Under the pieces are notes generated by a model. That model ran no database searches. It worked only from the letters and a program-made list of their open reading frames with translations, and was not told the origin of the DNA. Source: Thiotrichales bacterium (GTDB lineage Bacteria; Pseudomonadota; Gammaproteobacteria; Thiomicrospirales; Thiomicrospiraceae). From it: a DNA stretch of 33,814 nt. Below, piece by piece: positions 30,520 through 33,814 of the stretch. The stretch lies in NCBI GenBank assembly GCA_014763835.1, contig JACXUQ010000001.1, positions 1-33,814 on the forward strand, given 5' to 3'. Position 1 is the first letter of the stretch; every line of letters begins with the position of its first letter. The position numbers were made by a program, and so were the translations under genes.

Positions 30520-30948
30520 ATGTCTTGTTGTTCAGGTGGTTACTGTCAGTTTAAGTTTCCTGAGGGGCCGCCATTGGTGGATAATCCGGTAACGAGTTTG
30601 AATGCGAATTATCAATTTTTGCCTTACGGAACCTTGCTGGAAGCCGGAGAGGTGATCCGCATCTGGATGGAGTCGGGTGAAGCCAGAACGGTCATTCTGG
30701 AAGAGAAATTGCCGTTGGAATTTACCCTTGAGGGGCCACGCGTAAAAGCCGACGGCAGGGATTTTCCTTGGCAGTTAATTGCGATGGATTCGGGTATTGC
30801 TTATGAGGATCTCATGGATTGGTCCAATCATCCTTTGTTCAATCCGCAAACAACCTCGGTGCTGTTGGTGTTTTCGCACCCAATTGAACCCAAGTTGACT
30901 TTAAAGGATTACTGGCTGCGCTTTTTGTACAAGATGCGCAATTTGTGA
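30520..30948 (+). CDS. Hypothetical protein with an N-terminal Cys cluster
   Basis: 142-aa ORF with a GAGGA RBS, filling the gap between flagellin and amtB. No family recognised. Confidence 0.65.
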   Translation: MSCCSGGYCQFKFPEGPPLVDNPVTSLNANYQFLPYGTLLEAGEVIRIWMESGEARTVILEEKLPLEFTLEGPRVKADGRDFPWQLIAMDSGIAYEDLMDWSNHPLFNPQTTSVLLVFSHPIEPKLTLKDYWLRFLYKMRNL

Positions 30949-30964
30949 GGTTTTTGCGATAAAC

Positions 30965-30988
30965 AAAAAAGGCCCCGAGAACGGGGCC
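30965..30988 (-). terminator. Terminator of glnK-amtB
   Basis: GGCCCCG-AGAA-CGGGGCC preceded by A6 on plus (U tract on minus). Confidence 0.8.
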
Positions 30989-31028
30989 AAGCTTTGATTA
31001 CCGAGGAGTAATTCAGACTAAGAAAGGG

Positions 31029-32276
31029 TTATTTGTTGCTGGTGAACTCGGGGTAGGCTTCCATACCGCATTCTGATTTGTCCACACCGGCATACTCTTC
31101 TTCTTCACTGACACGTACGCCCATCACCGCTTTGATAATGCTCCAGACGATGTAGCTAGTGATGAATACCCAAGCGAAGATCACTGCAGTACCGATCAAC
31201 TGTGAGATCAAAGAAGCATCGGCATTGGTGAAGGTTACCGCGATCAGACCCCAGATACCTACGATACCGTGAACCGAGATTGCGCCAACAGGATCGTCGA
31301 TTTTCAGTTTGTTATCCATTGCCAGGATAGCGAATACTACGATCATGCCACCTACGAAACCGATCAATGTTGCAGCCAATGGTGTTGGCGTCAAAGGTTC
31401 AGCCGTGATAGCAACCAGACCCGCCAAGGCGCCGTTCAGGATCATTGACAAGTCAACTTTACCGAACAGGATTTTGGAGATCAACAAGGCACCGATTACG
31501 CCACCGGCAGCAGCCATGTTGGTGTTCACGAAGATCATTGCAACGGCATTCGCTTCTTCGATGTTAGAGATTTTCAGCTCAGAACCACCGTTAAAACCGA
31601 ACCAGCCCAACCACAGAATGAAGGTACCTAGTGCAGCCAGAGGCATGTTTGCACCTGGAATAGCGCGTACTTCACCGTTAGGACCGTATTTGCCTTTACG
31701 AGCGCCCAGTACCATAACACCAGCCAACGCAGCAGCAGCACCTGTCATGTGAACGATACCTGAGCCTGCGAAGTCAAGGAAGCCCAGTTCGTCAAGGAAC
31801 CCGCCGCCCCATTTCCAGAAACCTTCAACCGGATAGATGAAGCCAGTCATAACAATCGCGAACACGAAGAATGACATCAGTTTCATGCGTTCAGCCACGG
31901 CGCCGGAAACAACCGACATAGCAGTCGCAACGAACACAACCTGGAAGAAGAAGTCAGACATGCTTGAATAGTATGTCTCACCGTTGCTGGCCAGCACGTC
32001 TGCCACGGCATTGTCGCCACCTAGCAGGAAGCTGATGCCCGGGATGTAGCTGTTGATGCTGTCGCCGTACATGATGTTGTAACCTACCAACATATACATG
32101 ATTGAAGCGATGGCAAACAAGCCGACGTTTTTAGCCAAAATTTCCGTGGTGTTTTTGGCGCGGACCAGGCCGGCCTCCAACATGGCAAAACCTGCTGCCA
32201 TCCACATTACCAGGGCGCCGGACATCAAAAAGTAGAAGGTGTCCATTGCATAGCTGAGATGCGTTATTTGTTCCAT
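31029..32276 (-). CDS. amtB: Ammonium transporter
   Basis: DFAGSGIVH, GWFGFNGGS, DDPVGAISVHG (twin His), EEEEYAGVD C-terminus. Confidence 0.95.
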   Translation of the reverse strand: MEQITHLSYAMDTFYFLMSGALVMWMAAGFAMLEAGLVRAKNTTEILAKNVGLFAIASIMYMLVGYNIMYGDSINSYIPGISFLLGGDNAVADVLASNGETYYSSMSDFFFQVVFVATAMSVVSGAVAERMKLMSFFVFAIVMTGFIYPVEGFWKWGGGFLDELGFLDFAGSGIVHMTGAAAALAGVMVLGARKGKYGPNGEVRAIPGANMPLAALGTFILWLGWFGFNGGSELKISNIEEANAVAMIFVNTNMAAAGGVIGALLISKILFGKVDLSMILNGALAGLVAITAEPLTPTPLAATLIGFVGGMIVVFAILAMDNKLKIDDPVGAISVHGIVGIWGLIAVTFTNADASLISQLIGTAVIFAWVFITSYIVWSIIKAVMGVRVSEEEEYAGVDKSECGMEAYPEFTSNK

Positions 32277-32311
32277 AATTCTTTCCTCACATTTCTCTTT
32301 TTAGTGCGACC

Positions 32312-32686
<375 letters not shown>

Positions 32687-32696
32687 TTAGCTTAAA

Positions 32697-32711
32697 ACAC
32701 TTAATGTGCCA
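32697..32711 (-). promoter_or_regulatory. Putative sigma54 promoter of glnK-amtB
   Basis: Minus strand TGGCAC-ATTAA-GTGT: perfect -24 element, imperfect -12 element. Confidence 0.5.
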
Positions 32712-32797
32712 AATCTTTTAAATGCCTATTAAAATCAATTAGATGTGATGTTTTTGATTGGTTTTTATTGTTTTTTTATTGCTTTGTGATTTAAGTT

Positions 32798-32835
32798 TGA
32801 AACTAAATGGTGCTTCTTTGCTTTATGGTGGTGCA
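32798..32835. promoter_or_regulatory. Two putative NtrC binding sites
   Basis: TGAAACTAAATGGTGCT (32798-32814) and TGCTTTATGGTGGTGCA (32819-32835) compared with the consensus TGCACCA-N3-TGGTGCA. Centres are 21 bp apart. Confidence 0.6.
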
Positions 32836-32852
32836 GATTGTTTGAGGGTGGT

Positions 32853-33647
32853 GTGGGTAAACTGTTTCGGGCCTTGTTGCTGCAGTTTGTGGCATTGAGC
32901 GTTTTGGCGATAGCTGTCTATCTGCTGCGCCATGTGTTCACGCCGCCTTATTCCGTCTGGGTATTGGTGCTGATGCAAGCGGGCTTGGCGGCGGCGCTGA
33001 GTTGGCGCCTGCCGGTGTGGTGGCGTTGGATCCAGTTTTTACTGCCGCTTGGGTTGTATGGCGCCTCGTTGTTGCAGGTCAATCCCTGGCTCAGTCTGTT
33101 AATTTTTGTATTGCTCTGGCTGGTGTTTGCGAATGTCAATAAGGAGCGGGTACCGTTGTATTTGACCAACTCGGTGACACGGCAGGCTTTAAAAGTGTTG
33201 GCTGAAGAGCGGTTCGGGCAGCAGGGTGTGCAACAGCGCTTTGTTGATTTAGGCTGCGGCTTGGCTGGCAATGTTGTTTATATGAGTCGATTGCCCCAAA
33301 TTGAGCACTCCCTGGGGGTGGAAACCGCGCCTTTGCCCTATTTTATTTCGCGTTTGCATGTGTGGTGGCGCGGCGGTGAGGTCCGTGCTCAGGATTTATG
33401 GAAGACCGATTTGAGCGGGTTTGATGTGGTCTACGCCTTTTTGTCGCCGGAACCGATGCCTAAACTGTGGCATAAAGTGCAGCAGGAGATGCGTGCGGGA
33501 AGTGTCTTTGTCAGCAATAGTTTTGCAGTACCCGGCGTGGAACCGTCGCAGGTGTGGGAGCTAAGCGATCGTCGTCAGACGCGTTTGTATCTCTATGAAA
33601 TAACCACATCCTCTATGTCTTTACCCGAAAAGCGGGTAGCAGACTAA
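32853..33647 (+). CDS. Membrane-anchored class I SAM-dependent methyltransferase
   Basis: Three to four N-terminal hydrophobic segments, VDLGCG motif I, GVE, DLWK, DVVYAFLSP. GTG at 32853 after GAGG; the ORF is open from 32838. Confidence 0.85.
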   Translation: MGKLFRALLLQFVALSVLAIAVYLLRHVFTPPYSVWVLVLMQAGLAAALSWRLPVWWRWIQFLLPLGLYGASLLQVNPWLSLLIFVLLWLVFANVNKERVPLYLTNSVTRQALKVLAEERFGQQGVQQRFVDLGCGLAGNVVYMSRLPQIEHSLGVETAPLPYFISRLHVWWRGGEVRAQDLWKTDLSGFDVVYAFLSPEPMPKLWHKVQQEMRAGSVFVSNSFAVPGVEPSQVWELSDRRQTRLYLYEITTSSMSLPEKRVAD

Positions 33648-33683
33648 GCTTGTTCTCCGGTGTTGCCGGAAAATTGCGGCGAG

Positions 33684-33705
33684 AAAACTCAACAGGCCGG
33701 GTAGG
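33684..33705 (+). repeat. Copy of the dispersed motif
   Basis: AAAACTCAACAGGCCGGGTAGG, 21/22 identical to 21859-21880. Confidence 0.9.
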
Positions 33706-33720
33706 CAAGTTTGTCTTATA

Positions 33721-33814
33721 GAGAGCTTTGCACGAGTGGGGCGCGAAATAAAAATGAGGAAAAAATTGGCTGGTTGAGGCGGAAAACGCAGCTAATAGCT
33801 CGCTATTAGCAAGT
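33721..33814. mobile_element. Left half of the ~160-bp palindromic MITE-like element
   Basis: Begins with the TIR GAGAGCTTTGCACGAG and ends in the same 29 bp that open the window. Confidence 0.75.

Overview
Core chromosomal segment of a gammaproteobacterium. Gene content and protein style suggest a Thiomicrorhabdus/Hydrogenovibrio-like organism, but this is inference and was not checked. Gene order: kdsC and yrbG (minus); a degenerate DUF72 gene; mlaFEDCB-yadGH-ibaG(bolA)-murA-hisG-hisD; a Nif3-like gene; petABC; radA; fadL; IMPase, yfjD and ypjD (minus); ffh-rpsP-rimM-trmD-rplS; xerD-dsbC; an SH3 protein and valS (minus); an orphan short flagellin; a hypothetical gene; glnK-amtB (minus); and a membrane-anchored SAM methyltransferase. 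I found no transposase, prophage, CRISPR array, rRNA or tRNA. Two non-gene signals stand out. (1) A 12-mer, AACAGGCCGGGT (extended consensus AAAACTCAACAGGCCGGGT), is strongly over-represented. It occurs on both strands, inside coding linkers and as inverted pairs in terminators, as DNA uptake sequences do. (2) A ~160-bp palindromic MITE-like element is split across the two window ends, giving a 29-bp terminal direct repeat. Also notable are a FAM173/aKMT-like membrane lysine methyltransferase, a minimal orphan flagellin and a compositionally mosaic fadL.
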